Position numbers and translations under genes: made by a program. A model generated the notes under the pieces. That model was not told where the DNA came from and did no database searches. It worked only from the letters and a program-made list of their open reading frames with translations. A stretch of 64,000 bases of DNA. Source: Azolla caroliniana (taxonomy: Eukaryota > Plantae > Polypodiophyta). The DNA lies in assembly GCA_043228905.1 (NCBI GenBank), contig JBHGNT010000014.1, positions 8,370,001 to 8,434,000 of the forward strand, in the 5' to 3' direction. Each line of letters opens with the position of its first letter. Position 1 is the first letter of the stretch. Below are positions 46,741 through 58,400 of this stretch, piece after piece.

Positions 46741-48786
46741 GTGAAGGCGGGTGGCAAGGAGATGGAGAATCAACAAGAGGCAATGAGCATAACGATGATG
46801 ATGATGTTCGAGCGGATGCTACAAGAACAACGAGCGATGTCGGAGATGAAGGCGGCAGTAGAGCGGCTTCTGCGACGAAACGGGGAATTCAACGGTAAGG
46901 GTGTGTCACGCTACCTACGTGAATATAAGGCGGAGATGATGCAATATCGGATACCGGAAGGATTGCAAGTGATATCCTTTAGTCGGGTGGCCTCGGACGA
47001 ACTACAAGAGAGAATCCACAAGATACAACAACAAAACTCGACATGGGAGTCCTTTGAAGAAGCTTTACGGGAGGCATATGACTATGAGAGATGGACGGGA
47101 CGAGATCGACGAGAATTCGACGAATGGGTGGCGTCGGAGAAGACTCACCGAAGTGCAACGCAAGCGTTCCTAGAGTTCGAGCATCGTTTTGCTCGACTCT
47201 CGGAGCGGGAACGAAGATTGGTGGGAGGAGATAAAGTCTTAATGTTCGTAAGATCGATCGATCGAAAAGAAAGGATGGACATCGGGATCGAACTTGAAGA
47301 CGATGACGGTACGAATGGTCTTACCGAGGATTGGGCTAAAGTCGAAAGGGTATGCCGAAGACATGATGAAAGGAAGCTGAGAATCTCGTCAACAACGACA
47401 TGGCCCATGAAGGATGGTCGATTGAGGAAAAACGATGAAGCCAATATGAAGGCCGAAATACAACATGATGGTACCACGGGAGAAAGAGTGGAACAAGACA
47501 CCCACTCGTCTTGTGAAAGAAGGATGGCGAAGGATAAGGCCGATAATTCAAGTGTAGAAGGAAATTTCGGGATACAAGTGCCCGAGACATCGGGTCAAAA
47601 AGGGGTAAGCATAATAGATGTTTGCATAATTGATGCAGATAAAGAGTGTGAAGCGGATGTGATTAAGGAGGTAGCCACAAAAGACGAAATCGAATCGGAG
47701 GTGGCTATGGACGAATCAATGGCGGATTGCCATATCGAGACTTCCCCACCACTGATTCCAGAGACTCCGGCGGTTGCGATCGAAAGGCAACGTGAGACCG
47801 AAGAGACGGAAGGTGGCGGAGAGAAAACGAATGTCGAAGCCGACGAATACGATGAAGAGATAGCCGAGAAGAATGCTAAGGGTGAAACTACGAAAGAAGG
47901 TAATACCGAGGATTCATGCCAACAATATCTAGAGACTTCGGCGGTTGTGTCCGAGAACCAACGTGAGACCGGAGAGACGGGAGATGGCGGCGAGGAAGGT
48001 AAAGTCGGAAGTCGGTTCGGATGGAAAATGATTCATCCGAAATTCCAATCTAAAAGAAAGTGCGACAATGCGGAGGTCGGGTCTACGACGGGAGAAGCGC
48101 GTAATACAGAGCACGCTCTACGGCGAATAAAGAAACGCGTGTTATGGCGAATAAAGAAGCACGCGCTACGGCGAGAAAAGAAGCATGCATTACAACCACA
48201 CGAGGACCAAACAACGAGCACATATCGGAGGACCTACGTGGCGAACAACGGAAAGAAGTGCCAAAAGTCGAACCGGACAAGGCAGGTGAAAACGAAGAAA
48301 AGAAAGCAAATCCGGACGAAAAGAAAAGAAAAGAAACCGACCCGAAAGAGCACTGAATCGGTAAAAACCGATCAACCGAGTCCGGATCGACCGAATACAA
48401 ATCGGAAAGGAAGCCGAACTAAACGAAAGACGATCCGACGAGACCGAATCGGAAGTAAGCTAATCCGACTAAACCGAAAATCCGAAAAGAAGTCGAGATT
48501 GATGAAGAAAAGAAAGAGGGCAAGAAAAGATACTACCGCGGATGACAAGGACCAAGCGGGCCATGCAAAAAGCGAACGAAGACTATGGTGGATCGGATGT
48601 CGACAATGGTTCGGGTGGAAAGAATGGATGTGCTCCAAATGGAGAGACAAAGTCAACATAACAAGAGAAGTCGAGGGTACTACGAGCCGGCAACGAAACC
48701 AATCGGGTAGAGACCGGACGGAGGAGACTAACAAACACCAACAACTTCGGCACATACCGGAGGATGTGCGGGTTTGGAGGGGGTGA
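46741..48786 (+). CDS. Gag-like protein with acidic and basic low-complexity tail (copy A)
   Basis: FNGKGVSRYLREY...WESFEEALREAY is a gag-like N-terminus. The ORF runs from PBS to PPT and has no pol motifs. Confidence 0.7.
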   Translation: MKAGGKEMENQQEAMSITMMMMFERMLQEQRAMSEMKAAVERLLRRNGEFNGKGVSRYLREYKAEMMQYRIPEGLQVISFSRVASDELQERIHKIQQQNSTWESFEEALREAYDYERWTGRDRREFDEWVASEKTHRSATQAFLEFEHRFARLSERERRLVGGDKVLMFVRSIDRKERMDIGIELEDDDGTNGLTEDWAKVERVCRRHDERKLRISSTTTWPMKDGRLRKNDEANMKAEIQHDGTTGERVEQDTHSSCERRMAKDKADNSSVEGNFGIQVPETSGQKGVSIIDVCIIDADKECEADVIKEVATKDEIESEVAMDESMADCHIETSPPLIPETPAVAIERQRETEETEGGGEKTNVEADEYDEEIAEKNAKGETTKEGNTEDSCQQYLETSAVVSENQRETGETGDGGEEGKVGSRFGWKMIHPKFQSKRKCDNAEVGSTTGEARNTEHALRRIKKRVLWRIKKHALRREKKHALQPHEDQTTSTYRRTYVANNGKKCQKSNRTRQVKTKKRKQIRTKRKEKKPTRKSTESVKTDQPSPDRPNTNRKGSRTKRKTIRRDRIGSKLIRLNRKSEKKSRLMKKRKRARKDTTADDKDQAGHAKSERRLWWIGCRQWFGWKEWMCSKWRDKVNITREVEGTTSRQRNQSGRDRTEETNKHQQLRHIPEDVRVWRG

Positions 48787-49477
48787 GTGTCGTAGTGTAT
48801 TTTGTACACTACGTGAAAAACGTATATAGTATTAGATTCAATAAAAAATGAAGAAATAGAAGAAAATAGCAAAATAAATGGAACATGCATAGGGCAAGAT
48901 TCGAACCTTGCACCTCCATGTTAATAATGTAATGTCTTACCATTACACTAGCATTTCATTAGTGTTAAAGCATAGATGTCCCACATAGAAAGGTAAATTC
49001 ACGCTAGGATAAACATTAGAAAAACGCATAACAAAAGAAAAAGCTACACATACACATCTAGCGTGCATGATAAAAAACGCACAAGTTAGAAAAAAGCATG
49101 ATCACTTTAGATAAAGCATATAGTCTATCTATAGGAAAAGCATGGGGTCTATAGTTAGAGAAATCTTAATTCATATTCTTACATATTTAATATTGATTAA
49201 TGTAATACTTGTGGGATTCACAAGGTTTGATCTCTTTTCTCAATATACTCTAATCTATTCTAAACTATTTCAATTTATTACTACGATTAAGATAAACTAA
49301 AACAATTATACTTGTGGGATTCACAAGTTTCTATATCTCTTTCTTATAATCTATTGATATTCATAATTAGATTAGCCTCAAATTCTTCCTCCTCCTAGTC
49401 CAAAACCTCGGCGGTTCCCACCCGATTCACGCAAACGATCCGGAGCCGAAAGGCACGACACAGTTGGTGAACCCGAC

Positions 49478-50811
49478 GTGAAGGCGGGTGGCAAGGAGAT
49501 GGAGAATCAACAAGAGGCGATGAACATGATGATGATAATGTTTGAGCGGATGCAACAAGAACAACGTGCGATGTCGGAGATGAAGGCGGCAGTAGAGCGG
49601 CTTCTGCGACGAAACGGGGAATTCAACGGTAAGGGTGTGTCACGCTACCTACGTGAATATAAGGCGGAGATGATGCAATATCGGATACCGGAAGGATTGC
49701 AAGTGATATCCTTTAGTCGGGTGGCCTCGGACGAACTACAAGAGAGAATCCACAAGATACAACAACAAAACTCGACATGGGAGTCCTTTGAAGAAGCTTT
49801 ACGGGAGGCATATGACTATGAGAGATGGACGGGACGAGATCGACGAGAATTCGACGAATGGGTGGCGTCGGAGAAGACTCACCGAAGTGCAACGCAAGCG
49901 TTCCTAGAGTTCGAGCATCGTTTTGCTCGACTCTCGGAGCGGGAACGAAGATTGGTGGGAGAAGATAAAGTCTTAATGTTCGTAAGATCGATCGATCGGA
50001 AAGAAAGGATGGACATTGGGATCGAACTCGAAGATGATGACGGTGCGAACGGCCTTACCGAGGATTGGGCCAAAGTCGAAAGGGTATGCCGAAGACATGA
50101 TGAAAGGAAGCTGAGAATCTCGTCAACAACGACATGGCCCATGAAGGATGGTCGATTGAGGAAAAACGATGAAGCCAATATGAAGGCCGAAATACAACAT
50201 GATGGTACCACGGGAGAAAGAGTGGAACAAGACACCCACTCGTCTTGTGAAAGAACGATGGCGAAGGATAAGGCCGATAATTCAAGTGTAGAAGGAAATT
50301 TCGGGATACAAGTGCCCGAGACATCGGGTCAAAAAGGGGTAAGCATAATAGATGTTTGCATGATTGATGCAGATAAAGAGTGTGAAGCGGATGTGATTAA
50401 GGAGGTAGCCACAAAAGACGAAATCGAATCGGAGGTGGCTATGGACGAATCAATGGCGGATTGCCATATCGAGACTTCCCCACCACTGATTCCAGAGACT
50501 CCGGCGGTTGCGATCGAAAGGCAACGTGAGACCGAAGAGACGGAAGGTGGCGGAGAGAAAACGAATGTCGAAGCCGACGAATACGATGAAGAGATAGCCG
50601 AGAAGAATGCTAAGGGTGAAACTACGAAAGAAGGTAATACCGAGGATTCATGCCAACGATATCTAGAGACTTCGGCGGTTGTGTCCGAGAACCAACGTGA
50701 GACCGGAGAGACGGGAGATGGCGGCGAGGAAGGTAAAGTCGGAAGTCGGTTCGGATGGAAAATGATCCATCCGAAATTCCAATCTAAAAGAAAGTGCGAC
50801 AATGTGGAGGT
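49478..50811 (+). pseudogene. Gag-like protein copy B, 3'-truncated
   Basis: Near-identical to copy A up to KRKCDN, then fused to an inverted LTR fragment. Confidence 0.75.
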
Positions 50812-50890
50812 ACAGGGTTCGAATCCTGCCCTATGCACGTGATAAATATTTTGATATATTATTTTATTTATTTATATGTAATTAAATCGG

Positions 50891-52759
50891 TTATATTATT
50901 TTTACTTTTTCACGTAGTGTACGAAATACACTACGACACTCGCCCCCTCCGAACCCGCACATCCTCCGGTATGTGCCGAAGTTGCCGATGCTCGTTGTCT
51001 CCCCTTCATCCTCCGTTTGTCCCGCTATGTCAACTTTGTCTCTCCATTTTGAATAGACCCATTCTTTCCACCCGAACCATTGTCGCCATCCGATCCACCA
51101 TATTATTTGTTCTCTCTCGTCATATTCTTGGCCCTTGTCATTCGTGGTAGTGTCTTTTACTGGCCTCTTTCTTGTCTTCATCAACCTTGACTTTTTTCCG
51201 GATCGCTCTCGTCCGATCGACTTTCGGCTAGGTCGGCTTCCATCCATATTCGCGTTCGGCCAAGTCAAACTCAGTCGATCGGTTTTGACCGAGTCGACCC
51301 CTTTTCGGGTTGGCTTTCTTTCGGGTCGTCTTTCGGCCGAATCCTCATTCGCCCAGTTCGGCTTTCGTTTGTGTCGTCTTTCGGCCGAATTCTCTTCCTT
51401 TCGGTTCGGCTTTCTTTCGGGTCGACTTTTGGTCGAATCCTCTTTTACCCGGTTCGGCTTTCTTTCGGATCGGAATCCTGTCCGGATCACCTTCCATCCT
51501 AACTGGCTTCCGACTTTACCTTTCTTGCCGCCACCTCCCGTCTCTCCGGTCTCACGTTGCTTCTCAGACACAACTGCCGAAGTCTCTAGGATTAGTGGGC
51601 AGGAATCCTCAGTATTATCATCCTCCATTGTTTCACCCATAGCCATATTCTCGGCTATCTCTCTGTCGTATGCATCGACTTCGACCTTTGTTTTCTCTCC
51701 GCCACCTTCCGTCTCTTCGGTCTCACGTTGCCTTTCGAACGCAACCGTCGGAGTCTCTAGAATCAGTGGTGGGGAAGTCTCGATATGGCCATCCGTCGTT
51801 GATTCGTCCATAGCCACCTTCGATTCGATGTCATCTTTCGTGGCGACCTCCTCAATCAAGTCCTCTTTGCTCTCTTTCACTGCATCAATTATGCTTACCC
51901 CTTTTTCACCCGATGTTTCGGACACTTGTATTCTGAAATCTTCTTCTACACTTGGGTTATCGGCCTTATCCTTCGTCGTTGTTCTTTCGCAAGACAAGAG
52001 GGTAGCTTGTTTTACACCCTCTTCCGTCGGACCATCATGTTGTATTTCGGCCTTCATATCGGCTCCATCGTTTGTCTTCAATCGACCATCCTTCATCGGC
52101 CATGTCGTTGACAAGATTCTCATCTTCCTCTCATCATGTCTCCGGCATACCCTTTCGACTTTGGCCCAATCCTCAGTAAGACCGTTCGCACCGTCATCAT
52201 CTTCGAGTTCGATCCCGATGTCCATCCTTTCTTTTCGATCGATCGATTTTACGAACATTAGGACTTTATCCTCTCCCACCAATCGTTGTTCTCGCTCCGA
52301 GAGTCGAGCAAAACGATTCTCGAACTCTAGGAATGCTTGTGTTGCACTTCGGTGGGTCTTCTCCGATGCCACCCATTCGTCGAATTCTCGCCGATCTTTT
52401 CCCTTCGATCTCTTGTAATCATATGCCTCTCGTAAAGCTTCTTCGAAGGACCCCCATGTTGGATTTTGTTGCCGTATCTTGTAGATTCTTTCTTGTAACT
52501 CATCCGTGGCTACCCGATTGAAGGATGTCACTTGCAATCCTTCCGGTATCCGATATTGCATCATCTCCGCCTTATATTCACGTAGGTAGCGTGACACACC
52601 CTTACCGTTGAATTCCCCGTTTCGTCGCAGAAGTCGCTCTACTGCCGCCTTCATCTCCGACATCGCTCGTTGTTCTTGTAGCATCCGCTCGAACATCATC
52701 ATCATCGTTATGCTCATTGCCTCTTGTTGATTCTCCATCTCCTTGCCACCCGCCTTCAC
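50891..52759 (-). CDS. Gag-like protein copy C (diverged subfamily)
   Basis: Same N-terminus as copy A; has ERKPNR repeats in the tail. Confidence 0.7.
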   Translation of the reverse strand: MKAGGKEMENQQEAMSITMMMMFERMLQEQRAMSEMKAAVERLLRRNGEFNGKGVSRYLREYKAEMMQYRIPEGLQVTSFNRVATDELQERIYKIRQQNPTWGSFEEALREAYDYKRSKGKDRREFDEWVASEKTHRSATQAFLEFENRFARLSEREQRLVGEDKVLMFVKSIDRKERMDIGIELEDDDGANGLTEDWAKVERVCRRHDERKMRILSTTWPMKDGRLKTNDGADMKAEIQHDGPTEEGVKQATLLSCERTTTKDKADNPSVEEDFRIQVSETSGEKGVSIIDAVKESKEDLIEEVATKDDIESKVAMDESTTDGHIETSPPLILETPTVAFERQRETEETEGGGEKTKVEVDAYDREIAENMAMGETMEDDNTEDSCPLILETSAVVSEKQRETGETGGGGKKGKVGSQLGWKVIRTGFRSERKPNRVKEDSTKSRPERKPNRKEENSAERRHKRKPNWANEDSAERRPERKPTRKGVDSVKTDRLSLTWPNANMDGSRPSRKSIGRERSGKKSRLMKTRKRPVKDTTTNDKGQEYDEREQIIWWIGWRQWFGWKEWVYSKWRDKVDIAGQTEDEGETTSIGNFGTYRRMCGFGGGECRSVFRTLREKVKII

Positions 52760-55482
52760 GTCGGGTTCACCAACTGTGTCGTGCCTTTCGGCTCCGGATC
52801 GTTGCGTGAGTCGGGTGGGAACCGCTGGGGTTTTGGACTAGGAGGAGGAAGAATTTGAGGCTAATCTAATTATGAATATCAATAGATTATAAGAAAGAGA
52901 TATAGAAACTTGTGAATCCCACAAGTATAATTGTTTTAGTTTATCTTAATCGTAGTAATAAATTGAAATAGTTTAGAATAGATTAGAGTATATTGAGAAA
53001 AGAGATCAAACCTTGTGAATCCCACAAGTATTACATTAATCAATATTAAATATGTAAGAATATGAATTTAGATTGAAAGAGATAGATTATAAAACTTCGT
53101 GAATCCCACGATTATATTAATTGGTGTTTTAGGAAATATATCCAATTTCCCAAATATTTTTCACACTATTACATTGTGCTCCCCATCCTTATGTAGTGAT
53201 GGGAGAGACTAAGCATAGCTACATGCTTTTTTTCTAATATGTTCATGCACACTAAATATGCATGTGATGCTTTTCTAATCCTTGCTTTTATTTGCTAAAT
53301 ATAGTGCTCATGCACGCTAGATGTGCACGAGTCACTTTTTAGTTGCTTGCGTTTTTTCTATAAAATAATCACACACTCTAAAAATGCACGATTTACCTTT
53401 TAATAAAGGTAGGCGCAAATAAAACACTTATACTTATTAAATCTATTTATAGAACACTAAAGATAAGGTAGCATAATGGTAAAGTTGAGGTTTGGCTACG
53501 TGGAGGTACAGGGTTCGAATCCTGCCCTATGCACGTGATAAATATTTTGATATATTATTTTATTTATTTATATGTAATTAAATCGGTTATATTATTTTTA
53601 CTTTTTCACGTAGTGTACGAAATACACTACGACAACGCTACTGTGGTGCCATTTTTGGTAATGGTTGATCAAGAACAATGCCCAACAGTAGCAGATTTCA
53701 AGTATAGCTCTGCAGACGATTACACATACTATGTAATCGGAGGATCACATTCGGCCGAAGCTCGACGACAGCTTTTCAAAGAATATCCTCTCACGCCGTT
53801 CTTCAAGTACGCCGAATGTAAGGTATATGCAGGACTAACTCACGAGGAGGCGAAGCTGCTCGCATGGGACCATAACAATGACAACGATTATAGGCAAAAG
53901 ATGTCATGTATAGAGAGGATAAGATTTTTTCATCATGAATACCTGGATGCCTTGAATCGTTTTGGTCCAAGATTGTGGCCTGGATTGCGACGCCAGTGTT
54001 TATTGGAAGTAGGGATTGCAGTGGATGAGAGTACCAAATCCGAAGGTCTCCGAAAATATGATTCTTGGTTTCAACTATCTTTTCAGACCGGAGAGGTGTG
54101 GGATCTCCAAGAAAAAATATTCTCTATGTGCGAGCGGAAAGAAGTCAAGGGGCAAAGATAAAAAAAAGGGAAGAATTGATCCACAAGTTGAGATCAAATC
54201 AAAGACCAAGGGAAAAAGCGACTTGGTAATCGAGGAGTTAGCAGAGGACATGAAACTTTTACCTTGGAGATCATTACAAGGTATCAAAGATGATAGATTG
54301 TTAATATCCATGCTATCTCGAGTGGTTGCCAAGGAATTTAGTTTGGACGAGACGGTAACAGACTTGCAAAAGTAAGTGTTTATAGTATACCTTTTCATGA
54401 AAGTCTTCAATTATTTTGAATATCTTATTTCTAATTTCATATTGATTGTGCAGTCACAAGGTATACACGAAGATTCAGGAGTTGATGATGCAAAAACTGA
54501 GTTTACCGACATGGGAAGAAGTTGAACAAGCCTGCCCGATAACTTCTTCCTACAAGGCATTGGAGGAATATTTTATTGTATTTAGAGAATGGGTATGTGT
54601 CTTTTGAATGTTGATATGTTAGAAACTAATGTTCCCTGCTAACAACATTGACACTTGCAAAAACCATCAAAATCGAAAAAGAACAACGACAATAATGACG
54701 GTATTCCAACGGCCTTCATCACGCACTTAGAACGTGTGAAATATGAGAAGAGAATGACCAAAGGGAAGGAAATGGAACTGCTCGAGGATTCGGAGACTGT
54801 AAAGAGTTTTTTGCATAGGTCCGATCCTTTCAAACAGCTTCATTATAGTGTTTTCAATGGCGAAGTATCCCAGATGCTCGAACTGTTACCGAGAAGGCAC
54901 TACACTTTGTTGATAGCTGACATACACAATGGTTTCCGTATTGCGGGATCAACATATGATGATGTGCCTTTCAAGTACCCTCAGATTGAGAAAATGGTAA
55001 AGGATTTCGTAGAACTGACATTGGCCCCCTTGTGGAGGATAGTCATATTTCATAGCATGGGGCAATCACTGTCAGTCACAACAGCTTTGAAGTCCCATTG
55101 TCATGCCATTGAACACATGCATTGGTGCGTTATAGTTCGCTTTTAATCATTATAGTACTTCTTATTATATGTACACATTTACACCTCTAATACTTGATTT
55201 TCTTTCTCTATAGGATCAAAACAAATATTACACGTAGCCCTGGCGATCGAATGGTTAGTGCGGTCGAACATTTTTGTGTGGGCTACTATGATTCAATTAC
55301 AAAGAAGAAGGCTAGAGCACATGTCAATGAGCGTAACGTGGTTAACTACATCATGTGCCCAACTGTAACCAAAAAATTAAGACATGTGTCAGGGGATAAA
55401 AGTATGGTGAATGAACCCTTATCAAAAACCTCAAAGATTGATCAACCGCCTCATAGAGCTCTTCTCGAATCCAGATGATTGG

Positions 55483-58400
55483 TGTAAACGTAAGTGTTTG
55501 CGGAAGCGTAAAACAGAGAACAAGAGAGAGAGAGAGAGAGACAGAGAGAGCAGAACACAATTTCAAAATTATATTAAGACTCTGTACACACACTGTGCTA
55601 AGTAGCACTATTTATACAAGTCCTCTTGGGACTGACAGAAGTACCATGTACTTCAATGCTCACACGAGCATCTGACACTTACTACGAGACTATAGCTACC
55701 TAGTAGTCTATCTTGTACTAGGCTTCCGATTGGACTGTCGGTTACGGATTGCACCCGGCCTCCACTGCTTGCCGGTTCGGTTGCTCACCGTCATACCGAA
55801 CCGTTTCTCCCGATCCGTCTCGCTTATCGGCTCCGGCTTATTCAGCCGATCCGGCTTCGGTTGAGCTTGCCGCTCAACACTCCCCCTCAAGCTCAACCTG
55901 AGGTGGGGTCATAGTGTCGACCTCTGTGGCAGTCGGTTCTTTCAACCGACTTCTCCTGGCGTCACTCCGCCTTGCTCGCGCTCCTCGTCCGGTCCGGTCC
56001 AGTTTGCTGCGACCCCTTTGGTTCTGCGCGCCTCGACCCTCTCGGTTGGCATGTCTGCTCAATAGGCCCATCTCAGCAGTCACGTTGTTGTGACTCCGGC
56101 GCTTGCCGATCCGTTGGTTTTCCCACGATGGCATTGACTTCCGCTGTGTCCGTGTCCCCTTGTCCTTCAGTCGATCCGACTCATCCAGATCCATCTGTTG
56201 GTCCGAGTCAGCTGTCTCCGACTCGTTCCAGCTCTTGTCCGAATCAGTACACTCCGATTCGACTTCCGGCTTCAGGCCTCTCACCACATCGGACCACATC
56301 CGAGTCTTGGCCTTCTCCATGCTTCCCTCAGCTTCTTCAGCCGGTGAACCGAAATCGAATTCTTCATTCGACACCGCATCATGGTCAGTACCGTCGTGAT
56401 GACCTCCGCACAACATGCACTTCTCTTCCTGAGTGCACAACTCTTCTTCACAGCCGCTTGCTCCGACCTGTTCGGATGTGTCGACTTCCTTCGTCGACTC
56501 GGCTTCATTCATCTTCTTGTCTCCTCTTCTTCCGGCTCTCCTCTTACCGACGGGTTCAACAGGTTTTTGGCCTTTGCCCGTTTTGGTAGAGACTTTGCCC
56601 TTGCTTCTCCCCCTCAAGTGCGGCACGTCGAGATGCTGAATACCAAGCATGTCGGTAAAGTGCCGCAACTTGTCCGATCCGAGCGGCTTGGTGAAGATGT
56701 CGGCAACTTGCCAATCCGTATGAACATACCGTAGGTCAACTTCACTGCTCAGGACCCGCTCACGCACGAAGTGGTAGTGCACCTCGATGTGCTTTGTGTG
56801 AGCATGGAACACAAGGTTCCTGGCGAGCTGCAGGCTGCTCATGTTATCGCAGTAAATCGGGATCGGGGTCGGTACCTCGATCCGCAAGTCTCGCAGCAGT
56901 CGCCGAAGCCAGATGGCTTCATAAGTGGCAACGGTAGCGGCCCGGTACTCAGCCTCAGTGCTTGACAAAGCCACTGTGGGCTGTTTCTTGCTGCTCCACG
57001 CAACGCCCGCGCTACCTATGGAGAACATGTATCCGGAAGTGGAGCGGCGATCAGACGCATCACCGGCCCAGTCAACATCTGTGTAACCGACAAGCTCTTC
57101 GGGTATACCTCGCCGGTATAGCAGTCCCCGGTCCTTAGTGCCGCTGACATACCGTAATATTCGTTGCGCACACTGAAGGTGCTCCACGGTCGGCTTCTGC
57201 ATGAACTGACTTACCATGCCGACCGGATAGCTGATGTCGGGTCGGGTGATGGTTAAGTAGATCAGGCTTCCCACAACCTGTCGGAACCGTTTCTCATTGC
57301 AGGCCGGTCCGGAGTTGGGACGGAGCTTCTGGTTCCGGTCCAGGGGTGTGGAGACAGGTCGGCAATCCGTCATGCCGAACTTATACAGCATATTCAACAC
57401 GTAATGTCGTTGTGAGAGCAATATGCCGCCAGGGGTCCGGATCACTTCGATCCCAAGAAAATAATGAAGGTCCCCCAGGTCCTTCATTTCGAATGCGTTC
57501 GACAACTGGGACTTGACGCGGTTGATTTCGGGAAGACCCGGTCCGGTGATGACTAAATCATCCACATACAAGAGTATACATACCGGACCGTCAGAGCCTT
57601 GCCGGATGAATAACGAAGAGTCCAACTTAGAGACAGCAAACCCCAGCTTATGCAACCGGTGCGTGATCTTCGCGTTCCAAGCTCGGGGGGCTTGCTTCAA
57701 GCCGTAAAGCGACTTCTTCAGCCGGCATACCACCAACTTGTTCATCTCCGAGTGAAATCCGGCGGGCTGAGTCATAAAGACTTCGTCTTCAAGCTCTCCT
57801 TGAAGGAAGGCGTTCTTCACATCCATCTAGTGAAGATGCCACCCCCTTGCCGCAGCAACCGCCAGTACCACATGAACCGTTGTCATCCTCGCCACAGGAG
57901 CGAAGGTCTCATCGTAGTCGATTCTGTGGGTCTTCGCGTATCCCTTCGCCACTAACCGGGCTTTGTACCGGTTAACAGAACCGTCGGCGTTGTACTTGAC
58001 CTTGTACACCCATTTGCATCCGATCGGTTTACAGTGACGGGGAGGATCAACTAGGTCCCAAGTTTCGTTGGCATCGAGGGGCCGCATTTCTTCGTCCATA
58101 GCGGTATGCCAATTTGCGTCCTTTGCCGTTTCTGCGTAGCTCTCCGGCTCACGCACTTCTGCTACCTTAGTCATGTATGCATAATGATGCGCCATGTATT
58201 CATTGTACCCGTAGCGCATGACGGGATCCTTCTGGCGGGTTGATCGGCGCAACGCACCGTCACCTGATTTGAGGCCTTTCTTGGACAGTTCGGTCTTTGT
58301 TGCCGAAGATCCGCCTTTCTCCTTTCCGGAGTCGGATACGCACCGATCCGACTCATCGTTGCCGGTTTCGAATTCCGGCATCTTCCTCTTCCCCTTCTCT

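Larger units (their letters stand above)
45996..53634. mobile_element. Composite of three copies of a non-autonomous gag-only LTR retroelement with a tRNA-Trp PBS
   Basis: LTRs at 45996-46723, 48788-49460, 50804-50938 (partial, minus) and 52777-53634 (minus). PBS TGGTGAACCCGACGTGAA at 46728, 49465 and (reverse) about 52755-52772. PPT GGAGGGGG(T/C)GAG. 4-bp TSD ACGC at 45992-45995 and 53635-53638. Confidence 0.9.

Noticed and set aside
51135-52418. 427-aa plus-strand ORF
   Set aside because: Antisense shadow of the gag-like ORF 50891..52759; S/F-rich with no motifs.
53465-53535. Functional tRNA gene
   Set aside because: A and B boxes are present, but I could not fold convincing acceptor and anticodon stems. 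The sequence is part of an LTR.
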